A DNA stretch of 64,000 nt from positions 2,146,728 to 2,210,727 of the forward strand of contig CAVNZM010000018.1 in the NCBI GenBank assembly GCA_963693365.1. Direction: 5' to 3'. Of this stretch, positions 45,993 to 59,133 are shown piece after piece. Every line of letters begins with the position of its first letter. Positions within the stretch are counted from its first letter, which is position 1. The notes under the pieces were generated by a model that was not told the DNA's origin, did not search any database, and saw nothing but the letters and a program-made list of their open reading frames with translations. The position numbers were made by a program, and so were the translations under genes. Source of the DNA: Amoebidium appalachense. Its lineage: Eukaryota; Protista; Ichthyosporea.

Positions 45993-46693
45993 CTACCACT
46001 CGAAATCCGGGTCCTCCTCAATTTCGGCCGCCGCCCATTGGAATTTGGCCCGGAGGGTCTTGTTGAAGATCTTTTCGATTGGCAGACCAACCTTGTTACA
46101 CCTGCCAATCAAAAAACAGTAAAGTATGAGATTACTATATATGGGCCAAACAAACCATTGTAAGATTACTATATATGGACAAAAGAAATAATTGTATGAT
46201 TAGTATATATGGGAAGTCATCATTCTTTGCCTGGAGGGGTTTGCGTTATATACCCCCCCCCCCCCCCCCCCCCCCCCCACAAAAAAAAAGAAAAACCCCC
46301 TCCACAAAAAAGAACAACAAATATTAAACTACTTAATTCTCATAATAAGAAAGGTACATATTGCACAAAAACTGAAATATACAAGAACAAGAGGTGTGGC
46401 TATTAGTAAATGGCGTGTACTTATAATTTCAGTCCTGAATTCTCAGAAATGGGGTGATGCGACATCTGCATGAGATGGTGGTGGCGGTTGCAACCCCCCA
46501 TTTTATTTATTTATTTATTTATTTATTTTTATTATTTTTTTTTTTTGTTGGGGGGGGGGGGGGGGGGGGGGGGGGAGAAGAAGAAAAACGTACCATACAC
46601 ATGTACGCCATATTATCACAAGAGGTAACCAATGAAGCGTGCAGACAGGACAAACTTGCACAGAGCCCAAAATAGTTTTTTTTTTTTTTTTTT

Positions 46694-46724
<31 letters not shown>

Positions 46725-47117
46725 TTTGAATGCGGAACACAGTACGAAGTACGCATAGACGATGAGAAGCATGGTGCAGGACACATGCAAAGGCAAACAT
46801 TCAAGTATGCAGCATCAGCCATGCGCACAGTATGCGTCATAAGCAGAGCCCATCCTCAGGGAGGGCCCAAGTCATCAATTGCGTCTGAGTTTCGACCCCT
46901 TAGCCCGCGTATATACGACGCTCCAACTCAGACAGCAGCATCAACTGAACTTGGGTGGGTCAACCCGTCATGATCAAAGACGAGCAGGGTTGCTTATGCA
47001 AGGTGAGCAAAACGGTGAAGATGTGTGTGCAAACTAATGCAGTGCAGCGACAAACGCGTATGTGCTTACAGATGCACGAAACAGAGCAACCATGCCCGGT
47101 TGCATGGAAGTAAAGAT

Positions 47118-47151
<34 letters not shown>

Positions 47152-47259
47152 GAAGAAAAACGTACCATACACATGTACGCCATATTATCACAAGAGGTAA
47201 CCAATGAAGCGTGCAGACAGGACAAACTTGCACAGAGCCCAAAATAGTTTTTTTTTTTT

Positions 47260-47308
<49 letters not shown>

Positions 47309-47512
47309 CCCGTACCATGCATATGTGATGCGGGGGTCCATGTAGTTGATTTTTGAGGTGCCCAGGGCAATGGTCTTGTTCTCATCCTGCCGGAAAGGAA
47401 AGGGATTAAAATAAAAATAAAAGGAACGAAAAAAATTTAAGATACGTAAAAAAGTGACAGGGAGAAAGAAAAATAAGCCGACTTTTGGCATATTGCTCTC
47501 CACCCCCCCCCC

Positions 47513-47546
<34 letters not shown>

Positions 47547-47728
47547 TCCCCCACACCCACCCACCCATCCACACACGTACCCTGTCCGTCATCAGAATCT
47601 CCTTCTTCCTGATTCGCTCCTTGAGATTTTTCATCTTTTTCTCCACTTTGGCCTCCTGCACCGGGGGCTAAGGGTCAGCAACAGACATTTATGGCAATTC
47701 ACCTCTACTTATAGCAACCTGCCTGTTT

Positions 47729-47813
<85 letters not shown>

Positions 47814-47976
47814 TGTGTGCACGTTTTGTGTATGCACATACTCGTGAGTCCACCTGTTTACGTGTGTGCTCGTATTTGTGTGTGCACATGTTCGTGTGTG
47901 CACGTGTTTACGTGTCTGTGTGTGCAAGTGTTTACGCACGTGTCCACAAGTACACATGCGCGTGTGTGTACGATGT

Positions 47977-48027
<51 letters not shown>

Positions 48028-48079
48028 CATGTTAGTGTGTGTGTGTGTGTGTGTACCATGTTGGTGTGTGTGTACCATG

Positions 48080-48124
<45 letters not shown>

Positions 48125-48128
48125 CATG

Positions 48129-48201
<73 letters not shown>

Positions 48202-48205
48202 CATG

Positions 48206-48250
<45 letters not shown>

Positions 48251-48391
48251 CATGTGGGTGTGTGTACCATGTGGGTGTGTGTGTGTGTGTGTGTGTGTGT
48301 ACCATGTTAGTGTGCGTGTGTGTGTGTGTGTGTGTGTGTACCATGTTAGTGTGTGTGTACCATGTTAGTGTGTGTGTGTGTGTGTACCATG

Positions 48392-48434
<43 letters not shown>

Positions 48435-48548
48435 CATGTGGGTGTGTGTACCATGTGGGTGTGTGTGTGTGTGTGTGTGTGTGTACCATGTTAGTGTGCG
48501 TGTGTGTGTGTGTGTGTGTGTGTACCATGTTAGTGTGTGTGTACCATG

Positions 48549-48615
<67 letters not shown>

Positions 48616-49037
48616 CATGTTAGTGTGTGTGTGTGTGTGTGTGCACGTGTATACACCCACCGTTCCATCCTTCTTTGCCTTTTTGAGTTCATCCTTCAGC
48701 TCCTTGTACTGCTCCTTCATCTCGTCGATCTGTGATTTACAGCCAATCAAAAACGAGAAACCACCACAGCAAAACATCCAATCAAATAAGGGATAACCTA
48801 ATATCATCAAAAACCTTTCTATAAAATGGATCTGTGGGCCTACACATTAGTCTATCCACATGAACCAAAGTTGTTGATGTGTAGGGCAAGTGATCCTTCA
48901 ACACCGTGTGTATGCACGCGCATGCTAAAACGTGCCCCTCCCCCCCCCCTCCCCCCCCCCCCCCCCCCCCCTTTTCTTCCCCTCAACTTCTCTTTCCTTT
49001 TCCTTTCTTTATTATATATATATGTATATACATATAC

Positions 49038-49092
<55 letters not shown>

Positions 49093-49378
49093 CTTTTCCT
49101 TTCTTTATATATATTGTGTGTGTGTGTGTGTGTGTTGGGGTGGCGGATGTGTGTTATGTGTGGAAGGGGATAGTGAGAGGAATACGTACGACTTTCTTCA
49201 GTTTCTCCATGGATTCGCTGTGTGTCTTTGGCACTGACCGTTGATGGTTGCACAGCACGGCAACCTCACGATTGGCGCGGTTGTAGGCTAGGAGTAGCTC
49301 GGGCACTGTGTGTGTGTGTACGTGTGTGTGTGTGTGTGTGTACGTAGGTGTGCGTGTGTGTGAACTGTGTGTTTGTGC

Positions 49379-49459
<81 letters not shown>

Positions 49460-50631
49460 CAGGTGTACGTGTACATGTGCGTGTGTAGATTTACGCGTGT
49501 GAGTGGGGAGGGGACTCAGTATGGTTGTAAGGGCCAAATTCTCTACCTGAAAGAATCTCAAATCAATACCATAGGGAACAAAAGATTGAAAAGGCCATGC
49601 AAGGTACAGGAACACCCAAAGCATGGGGGTTTATCAACTGCCATACTCCGAGCCCATGTTTGAGCGGTTACTACGCGTGTGTACACACACGCGCACAAGC
49701 ATTTTGTCTGCCTGCATGCCACGTGCGCATGTGCTTTGTATGTGTGCACGAACACGTGCGGGTGGTGTGCGTGGGAACGTACCCGTCAGGCCCTCCCAGT
49801 CGACCTTTGCCAGCTCCGACTGGAGGGTGCTAGAAGCATTGTAGGTGCGGAACACCTTGGCAGTCAGCCCGGGCATCATCTTCTGAAGGTGCTTGTTGAG
49901 CGCTGGCACCTGTAAAGAAATGGCGCCACTGGCCGGTTAGAAATTTAATCACGCCATCGGTCAGTTATGGCCTAAATCACACCATTCATCGCACGCATCA
50001 CACACATGAACCCAGCCTAAGGAAATCATCCAATTAAAAACCCTCGTTTTTTTAACATATGCAAACATGTACGCATGCATTCACACACGCACCCGCGGAC
50101 GTGAACACGCGCACGCAAAACAAAAAGCAAGAGATCCAGCCAACCACAAAACCACTTTATGGTTTAGCACATACAGAAGATCTGTCGAGGTGCACAAACC
50201 TATGTGCACATGCGCACACCAAAATAAACCGAGAAAAGCATCCAATAACAGGCCCTCGTTACTTTTTAGCACATACCGACAACCGTTTGAAAGAAGTACG
50301 AGCACGCACATGAAATTATGTAGAGAGAAACCAGCCACAAGGCCCCGTTATAATTTAGGATTTCTATCCAAGTGCGCACACGGTTAAACAACAGAAAAAG
50401 AGCTCTCCAATCACAAGCCCCCGTTACATTTTAATTTTAGCACGTACCGACAGCCTGTCGAACAGCATGTTCTTCTGATGTTTCACGTACAAGCTATGCT
50501 ATTAAGAAACAGAGATAAAACCAACCAACCGCAAGCTCTCATTAATTTTAGCACATACCAACATTATGTCACACGCACGTGTACGAACACACGCAAAAAA
50601 ATAACAGAGCAAATCAACCAATAAAGACCCC

Positions 50632-50662
<31 letters not shown>

Positions 50663-53123
50663 AAAAAAAAAAAAGGAAGAAGAAGAAGAAGAAAAACCTC
50701 GGCCAACCACAAACCCCCATCACATTTTAGCACATGGCAAAAGTCTGTCAAAGCACGCACACACACCCATTTTGACAGAGAAAAACGGCCAACTATTAAA
50801 TCTTAAACCAACCACCGCTTCTCCCATTTTAGCGTCTGGCCGCTGACCAGCCGAGAGCCACATTTCTCAAGTGCGTCTCACCAATCATGAGACTTAATCA
50901 AATTGTGTCACATGCCGATGTCGACATACGACAGAGCCTTTCGCGCCCTTTTCAGGGCGACACGGCGTCATGGAATTTGTGCACAAAATGACGTCACCAA
51001 TGTGGCTCGCCGCCCAGAGGCTAAAACGGAAGTAGCGGTGGTTGCTTTAACACAAACCAACAGCATGCCAATCTCTACGCATGGACTTCAAAGCAGAGAA
51101 AAATCAGCCAATCGCAAACCCTAACTATATTGTAACAAATGCCGACAATCAGTCGAACAATTCTGCCAAGAGCAGAATTATTCTGCTGAAGCAGAATCAC
51201 ATGCATGCGCTCATACGAAAACAGACAAAAACCAGGCCCCGCGCCCCGCAAAATACACATGCCTAAACAAGAAGAAAGGGAAAAAGAAGAAAGAAAAAAA
51301 GAAAAAAAAAAGGAACCAGCCAATCACAAACCCCCATTATATTTCAGCGCACACCAAGTCTAGCGCACGCAAGCTAAAACAGACAGAAAATGAACCAGCC
51401 AATCCCAAGCGCCCGTTAAAACATCAAAATTTTAACACATACCGACAGCCTTTCGAAGAGCATGTTCTCTATATCCTTGTTCTTTCTGGACAGTTTGACG
51501 TTCTTCGCGAATATGTGCAAACGACACACGAGAATACGCAGAGGGAAACAGAGAAATAACAACCAACCTCAACCTCTCCTACCCCTTCTACGTTTTCAGC
51601 GCATAACGCCAACCCGTCGAGCACGTGCACACTCAGCACTCAGACAAAAACAGACAGAAAATGAACCAGCCAATCCCGAGCTCCCGTTAAAAATTTAGGG
51701 CATGCCGACAACCTGTCGAGCAGGCAAAAACAAACAGAACATGAACCGGCCAACCCCAATCCCCCGTTAAGAAAAATTGAAACGTACCGAGAGCCTGTCG
51801 AAGAGCATGTTCTCCTTGTCCTTGTTGTTTCTGAACAGTCACATCCCAGCGTGTGCACAAGAAGTCACACACACACACAACTTACAAACATGATCACGCA
51901 CACAAAGACGCGCACACAAAAACAAAAACAAAGAGAACTAACCAATCACGAGACCACGTAAAAAATTTCAACACACACCGGCAACCTGTCGAGCACGCGC
52001 ACACTCAGCAGTCAGACAAAAAAAAAATCCCACAAAATGAACCGGCCAACCACAAGCTCCCGTTAGATTTTAGCACATTTTAACACATACTGAGAGCCTG
52101 TCGAAGAGCGTGTTTTCGGGTCCTTGTTCTTTCTGAACAGTCACATCCCATCGTGTGCCCAAGAACTCACACACACACACACACAACTTACAAATGTGAC
52201 CTGCAACACACAGACGCGCACACAAAAACAAAAACAAAGAGAACCAACCAATCACAAGCCCTCTTTAAAATCTTATAATTTAACACATACCGACAGCCTG
52301 TCGAACAGCATGTTCTCCTTGTCCTTGTTCTTTCTGAACAATTTGACGTTCTTGTAGACCTGGGGGATGACAGTGACCTGGTTCTGGTAGCGGATACTGT
52401 CCTTGCCCAAGAAGTCGAAGGCTACCTGGTCTGGTTCAATGAGCTGTGTACGTGTACATGTGGGCATGTGTATGTGTGTGTGTGTGTGTGTGTGTGTTGG
52501 GGGATGGGGGGGGGGGGGGGGGGGGAGGGGAGGAAGAGGGGGGAGGGAGCGAGGGGAGGGGGGAGGAGGAAGGGTGTGGTGAGTGAGTGAGTGTGTGAGT
52601 GAGTGCGAACGTGTGTGGTGTGCGCAAGCCGGACGGGTAGGTGGGTGGTGGAAATGAGACACACAGTATGCAAACATGCTCACATACACACATGTAGACA
52701 TGTGCACACCCGCACATGGCACACGCACACGTGTTCACCCACACCTGCGTTTACACCCACACCCAAAACCACATCACAACCACACCCACAACCACATAGA
52801 CACCCACCCATACACCCACATCACCCCCCCCCCCCCCCCCCCCCCCCCCCAAACACACACACACCACATACACAGCGAGCACGCATCATACAGCGAAAAA
52901 ACACATGAGCAACCGTCCACTCCCCCCCCCCCCCCCCCCCCCCCCCCAACACACACACACACACGTACACACATACATTCACACCACCCTCAACCAGCAG
53001 AAGCCCACCATATCCAACCCCACACCCACTTCCACATTAACCCCCCCCCCCCCCCCCAAAAAAAAAAAAAAAACACACACACACAGCAAACACGTATCAT
53101 ACAATTTCAAAATCCGTGAGCAA

Positions 53124-53193
<70 letters not shown>

Positions 53194-53649
53194 ACATACC
53201 TCCACGTGCTCCACTCTCAACGAACAGCAGCCCACCGTATCCGCCTCCTCATCCGTATCCTTCTCATTCCCCACACGCAGTGCAAGCTTGTCGATAAAAT
53301 AAAGCGCCGTTGCCCTTTGTCTCACCATCATTTCCTTGTTTTTAAGGTCTTCCATATAGTCGCGGCGGATTACCTCAATGTGTTTCTGTTCGTGCGACCG
53401 GTGAAAAGTTGGTTTTTAGGAAAAAGGTTTTTCACCGTTCGCGCGAGCATAAACATCATTGAGAGGTGGCGCGGGAGGTGGTCCTTTGGGGGGGGGGGGG
53501 GGGGGTATTGCTGGGAAGGGGAGGAGAGGGAGATACCAAAAAAGGGTTGGCTGGCAACTTGGATTGGTGGCCAATGATTGGCTACAGCAAATGTCGTATT
53601 TGGTGGCGCATGATTGAATACAAGGTCCTATTCCCAGGTCTAAGGGGAA

Positions 53650-53683
<34 letters not shown>

Positions 53684-54107
53684 TAGAAAAGAAGAAGGAG
53701 AGAAAAAAAAAGAGGTCAGGCCGGGACCGGGCACGTCGAGGAGGCAGCAAGATGGGGTGAGGATTGGGTTGGAATGGGGAAGGGGGGGGGGGGGGGGGGA
53801 AGGAGGGGGAAGAAGAGGGTGGGGTGGGGGGGGGGTTTTTGAATGCGTCAACAAGTACGAAGTACACAAGAACAAACGGATAACACGATGCAGAATGCAA
53901 GCCATACATAAAGAGTATGCATAATAAGCAGAGCCCATCCTCAGGGGGGGCCCACGTCATCCACAGTACCCGAGTTTCGACCTATTCCCCTCGTTAACGA
54001 AACCCAACTCAGATACTGTTTCACTTGAACATGAGTAGGTCACCCGTCTTGATCAGAGACGAGCAGGGTTGCTTATGCAGGCAAGGGCAGTGGGAAAGGC
54101 CGGGGTG

Positions 54108-54139
<32 letters not shown>

Positions 54140-55215
54140 GAGGGGTTTTATGCATAATTGAGCGAAAATTCCCACCTTGAGCTCCCTAGCCTTCTCGTAC
54201 TTCTTCATGTCGTTTTCTCCCTTGAGTCTGCTCTGGGCATTGAGCATGACGTACTTAATGTTGCCAACAATGTTCTCCGTCCAGCTGGCTAGCCACGTGA
54301 CCTGCGGCCAATAGAGCTTGGATTAGCCACGAGGAACCAATCGTATCACGAAGCAAAGCCAGGGACCAATCAAATCATGACAAAACACATGGATCTTGCC
54401 GCGCGCCGAATGAATCAAGGTGGTGCATGTTGTGGTTTAGATCGAAGTCACCCACTGCCCATCAATTACACACACAACGCACACAGAGGCACACCCTCAC
54501 ATACATCCCACACCCAACCACGCACCCCCCCCCCCCCCCTCCCTCCACCCCCACACGCACGCCCTGCAACCCGTCCCCCCTCCCCCCTCACACACACACA
54601 CACACACACACGCACACACACATACACACACACACACACATACCCCCCTCCCTCCCTCCCACACACACGAACACTTACCGTGTCATCGTGCACGACCTTC
54701 TTCCACTTGTGGCCCGGTGGGGGCTCGGGAACCTTTGCGACCTTGCCGATGTTAATGGTGATGTCCTCGGGCATAATGCGTTTCTATTGGTCGAGGAGAG
54801 TGTCAGTTGCCAAAAAAGGTAATTCACACGTGTTTCTATTAGCCGAGGAGAAGAAAAATTAGCGCACAAACAATAGTGGCGGGCATTATGTGCTTCCATT
54901 GATCGAAGAAAACTGTTAGTTGCCATAAAAAAAGGCAATCTTAAGTAAAGTGTTGTGTTTCTATTGGTCAAATAAAGTCGACAAATGCTTTTAAAAGGGG
55001 AAAAAGATGAAATTCTGGTTAGGATGACGGAATGCAATGTGTGAAAATATGTCGGCGTGTGTGTGAAGAAGACATGCATGGCCGTGTGAGAGCTTTCTTT
55101 CTTCTTCTTATTCTTCTTCTTCTTCTTCTTTTTTTTTATTTTTTATTTTTTATTTTTTTAAGTGTGCATGTGTGTGTGTGTGTGTGTGTGTGTGTACGTG
55201 TTTGTGTGTGTAGGG

Positions 55216-55260
<45 letters not shown>

Positions 55261-55609
55261 TATATTAAGTATTGGACGGCGGCGAGAGCAAAAACTAAAG
55301 AATTTAGGGGGGGGGTGGGGGGGGGGGGGGGGGGTTGAATGCGTCAAAAAGTACGAAGTACACAAGAACAAACGGATAACACGATGCAGAATGCAAGCCA
55401 AACATAAAGAGTATGCATAATAAGCAGAGCCCATCCTCAGGGGGGGCCCCCGGGGGAAGGAGATAAGGCGATTACCTTAATAAGACCCATCTTAGGGTGC
55501 TCACCACGGCCACGGAAGAGGCCGGGAGGTTCGACCATAAAGTTGCCTACACGCTCACGGTGCCCGTCTGTACGTGTACGCATGTATGTACGTGTGTGTA
55601 CGTGTGTGT

Positions 55610-55681
<72 letters not shown>

Positions 55682-55733
55682 ACGTGTGTGTGTGTATGTA
55701 CGTGTGTGTACGTGTGTGTGTACGTGTGTGTGT

Positions 55734-55768
<35 letters not shown>

Positions 55769-56024
55769 CGGCACAGTGGTTTGAAAAAAAAATGGTTGGT
55801 TAAACTGCAGAAAAGATGTAACCCAGTACACGCTTACTTGGATCATCGTTTCCAAGCACAGCAGCTCGGGGAGGAAAAATAAATAAATAAATAAACAAAT
55901 AAGGAACACCACCGGGAACAATATAATACTAATAATCACAATCACAATCTTACTAACAAGAACAACAACAAAAAACAGTAATAATAGTACGTAGAGCTCA
56001 CTACCGCTTGGACTGGGGTGAAGT

Positions 56025-56058
<34 letters not shown>

Positions 56059-56223
56059 GGACACAGACCGACTACCGCCCAGCCAAACTCTTCGATGAGT
56101 TTTTCCCTTTCGGCCTTCTTTTCGGCCTTTTCTTCTTTCGTCATCGCCTTACGCTCGGCTGACTTCTGCTCAAAGTGTGCCACCATCTTGGAAAAGTCAC
56201 TGTGCGCGCGCGCGCGCGCGCGT

Positions 56224-56277
<54 letters not shown>

Positions 56278-57947
56278 CGTGCATACTTTTCGTTTGCTTG
56301 TGTGTGTCAATGTGTGTGTTTGTGTGTGATTAGAGAATCCGTTTCACACATCGATATCCACCTGTAGTGTACACACACACACACAGACAGACACACACAC
56401 ACACAGACAGACACACACACACACACACACAAAAAGAAAGAAAGAAAGAAAGAAAGAAAAACCCACACAATCACGTGCATCAAAACACGTGTAAGTGGGC
56501 ACATCCTTCCCGTTCAAGTGAACAGAACGTGGCCCACCTCCACCAGAGCAATGCCCACACAACTACTCGAACACACACACACAAAAACTCGCCAACACAC
56601 ACCCCCCCCCACCCACCCAAACATCCCCCCCCCCCCCCCCCCCCCGGGGCCCTACACACACACAGAGGCGAAACCCTTACCATTTCTTCCAGTCTTTGAT
56701 CAACTTCTTCTCCTCCGGGCTCATGTACTGCAACCCACCCTACGTTAGTCCTACACCCACCAAGTTAGGAAGGGGAAGGTAAACCAAACATGTAAAATGA
56801 TTCAAACTTTACAAAAAGGGATAATCTTCCGTTTTCCTGCCAGTCGTTGAATAGGTTGTTGGTGAATATGTGGCTAGCCTTTGGAGGGTAATGGTAAAAG
56901 TATAACTATTTGTAAAAACTAAAAACAATAAAAAGGTAACCTCCCTTGAAGAAGTGTATGTGTCCTTGCTTGCATAGAAGAGAAGGGGCCGTAAAAATAA
57001 AACCATCTTAAATCTTAATTTAATAATTAAAAGGTTTCTTCTTGCGTTTTCCTGGCAGTCCTTGAAGAAAAATGTTAATAATTCGGTCCTTGCTAGCATA
57101 GCAGAGGGGGTGATGTATGCATTAGACGAAGAAGGGGGGAGGGGGAGTGTGGGGGGGGGGGGGGGGGGGGGGAGGGCTAAATCCATTAGAAACCAATTTT
57201 ACGATTTAATATTAAGATTTAAACGAGTATAATCTTACGTTTTCCTGCCAGTCCTTGAAGAAGTTGTTTTTTGAATATGTCCTTACTTGCATAGTGGACA
57301 AGGGAGGGGAAGGGAGATGGGGTACAACTAAACCGATCTTCAACCCCTTTTAACTTTAATTTTAAATTTAAAGGGATTAAATTAATATTCAAAGTGGTAT
57401 AACCTCACGTTTTCCTGCCAGTCCTTGAAGAAGTTGTTTATGATTATGTCCTGGCTAGCATAGGGGAGGGTGACCGTAAACCTAAAAACATGTAAACCGT
57501 GATTTAAAATCTAAATACAATAGTATATTTTGAAGGGTATTATTCTTACGTTTTCCTGCCAGTCCTTGAAGAAGTTGTTTATGAATATGTCCTGGCTAGC
57601 ATAGTGGAGGGTGACCGTAAACCTAAAAACATGCAAACCTTGATTTATAATCTAAATACAATAGTATATTTGAAGGGTATTATTCTTACGTTTTCCTGCC
57701 AGTCCTTGAAGAAGTTGTTTATGAATATATCCTTGCTAGCATAGTCTGTCTTGATCATGGCCGCATAGAACCCGGCAACCTCCTCGCTCTTCTCACACAG
57801 GTCCACCGGCTTGCCTGTTATGGAAGGCAAAATCAGATTAAAATAAGAAAAAGGGGGGAGACAAACTAAAAAGGGGGAAAGGGGGATGGGTGGGTGGGTG
57901 GGGGGGGGGGGGGGGAGGGGGGGGGGGAAACATGCTATGGGGGGCTC

Positions 57948-57997
<50 letters not shown>

Positions 57998-58249
57998 GGG
58001 GGGGGGGGGGGGGGAATGCTTTCTTCTACCAGGCTCCTACATACAAGACTGCATCTGCTCCCCCTCTCCCCCCTCCCTGCCCATCACCACCAAGTGCACG
58101 GATGCATTAGATGAAAAAAAATATGTGTAATAGGGAGGAGGGAAGGGGGGGAGGGGGGCGGGGGGGGTCCTCTACCGTCATAGTAGAACTTGATGTTAGA
58201 GGGGAGTCGTTGGTAGGCAGGGGCCAACACGGGGCACTTGTGCTCGAGG

Positions 58250-58294
<45 letters not shown>

Positions 58295-58321
58295 CGTGTG
58301 CGTGCGTGCGCGTGCGCGCGC

Positions 58322-58352
<31 letters not shown>

Positions 58353-58697
58353 TGGTTATGTCCGTGCACATAATGAGATGAATGCAATGTGAGAACATGA
58401 GCAAACCAAAAAAAATATGTACTCCTTTATACCAAAGGATTGTGAGTTGAATATGGGGGGAAACCGTGCTCTGAACTTTAACCGTATAATCGTACCGACG
58501 ATTTCCTCCACATGTCAGGGGACGGGATATTGGCACATCATACATCACTAAGACCCCCCCCCCCCCCCCCCCCCCCCCCTCTCCCCCCACCCCATTTTGG
58601 GGAAAAAGGCAGGGAAATACACGCATGCACATTCACAGAGGCAGCAGACATGTGAGCAGGCAGGCATGCAGGGAGGAAGGCATGCACACCTCCACCC

Positions 58698-58762
<65 letters not shown>

Positions 58763-59084
58763 ACACACCTTCCACCTCTGCCCCTCTGCAAGGTCCAGCT
58801 TCATGTTCCACCACTCGTGCACCGGCTCCTCCTCCTTCTTGGCACGTCCCTTCTTGGGCGTCTCCCCATTGGCCTAAATGTCACGAAAATTAGACAGAAT
58901 TGCCAAATATGGCTATTTTCCTACACATGATATTGGATATAATGTAACGATTGAAAAATTAGATAACATTGACATTTATGGCCATTTTCCTAGACATGAT
59001 ATTGGGTATGGCGGGCTTGTTGGCTTCTGCTGTGCGTGCCCGTGCATATATGAACATATACACCAGCACACAGGAGAAAGGTTG

Positions 59085-59133
<49 letters not shown>

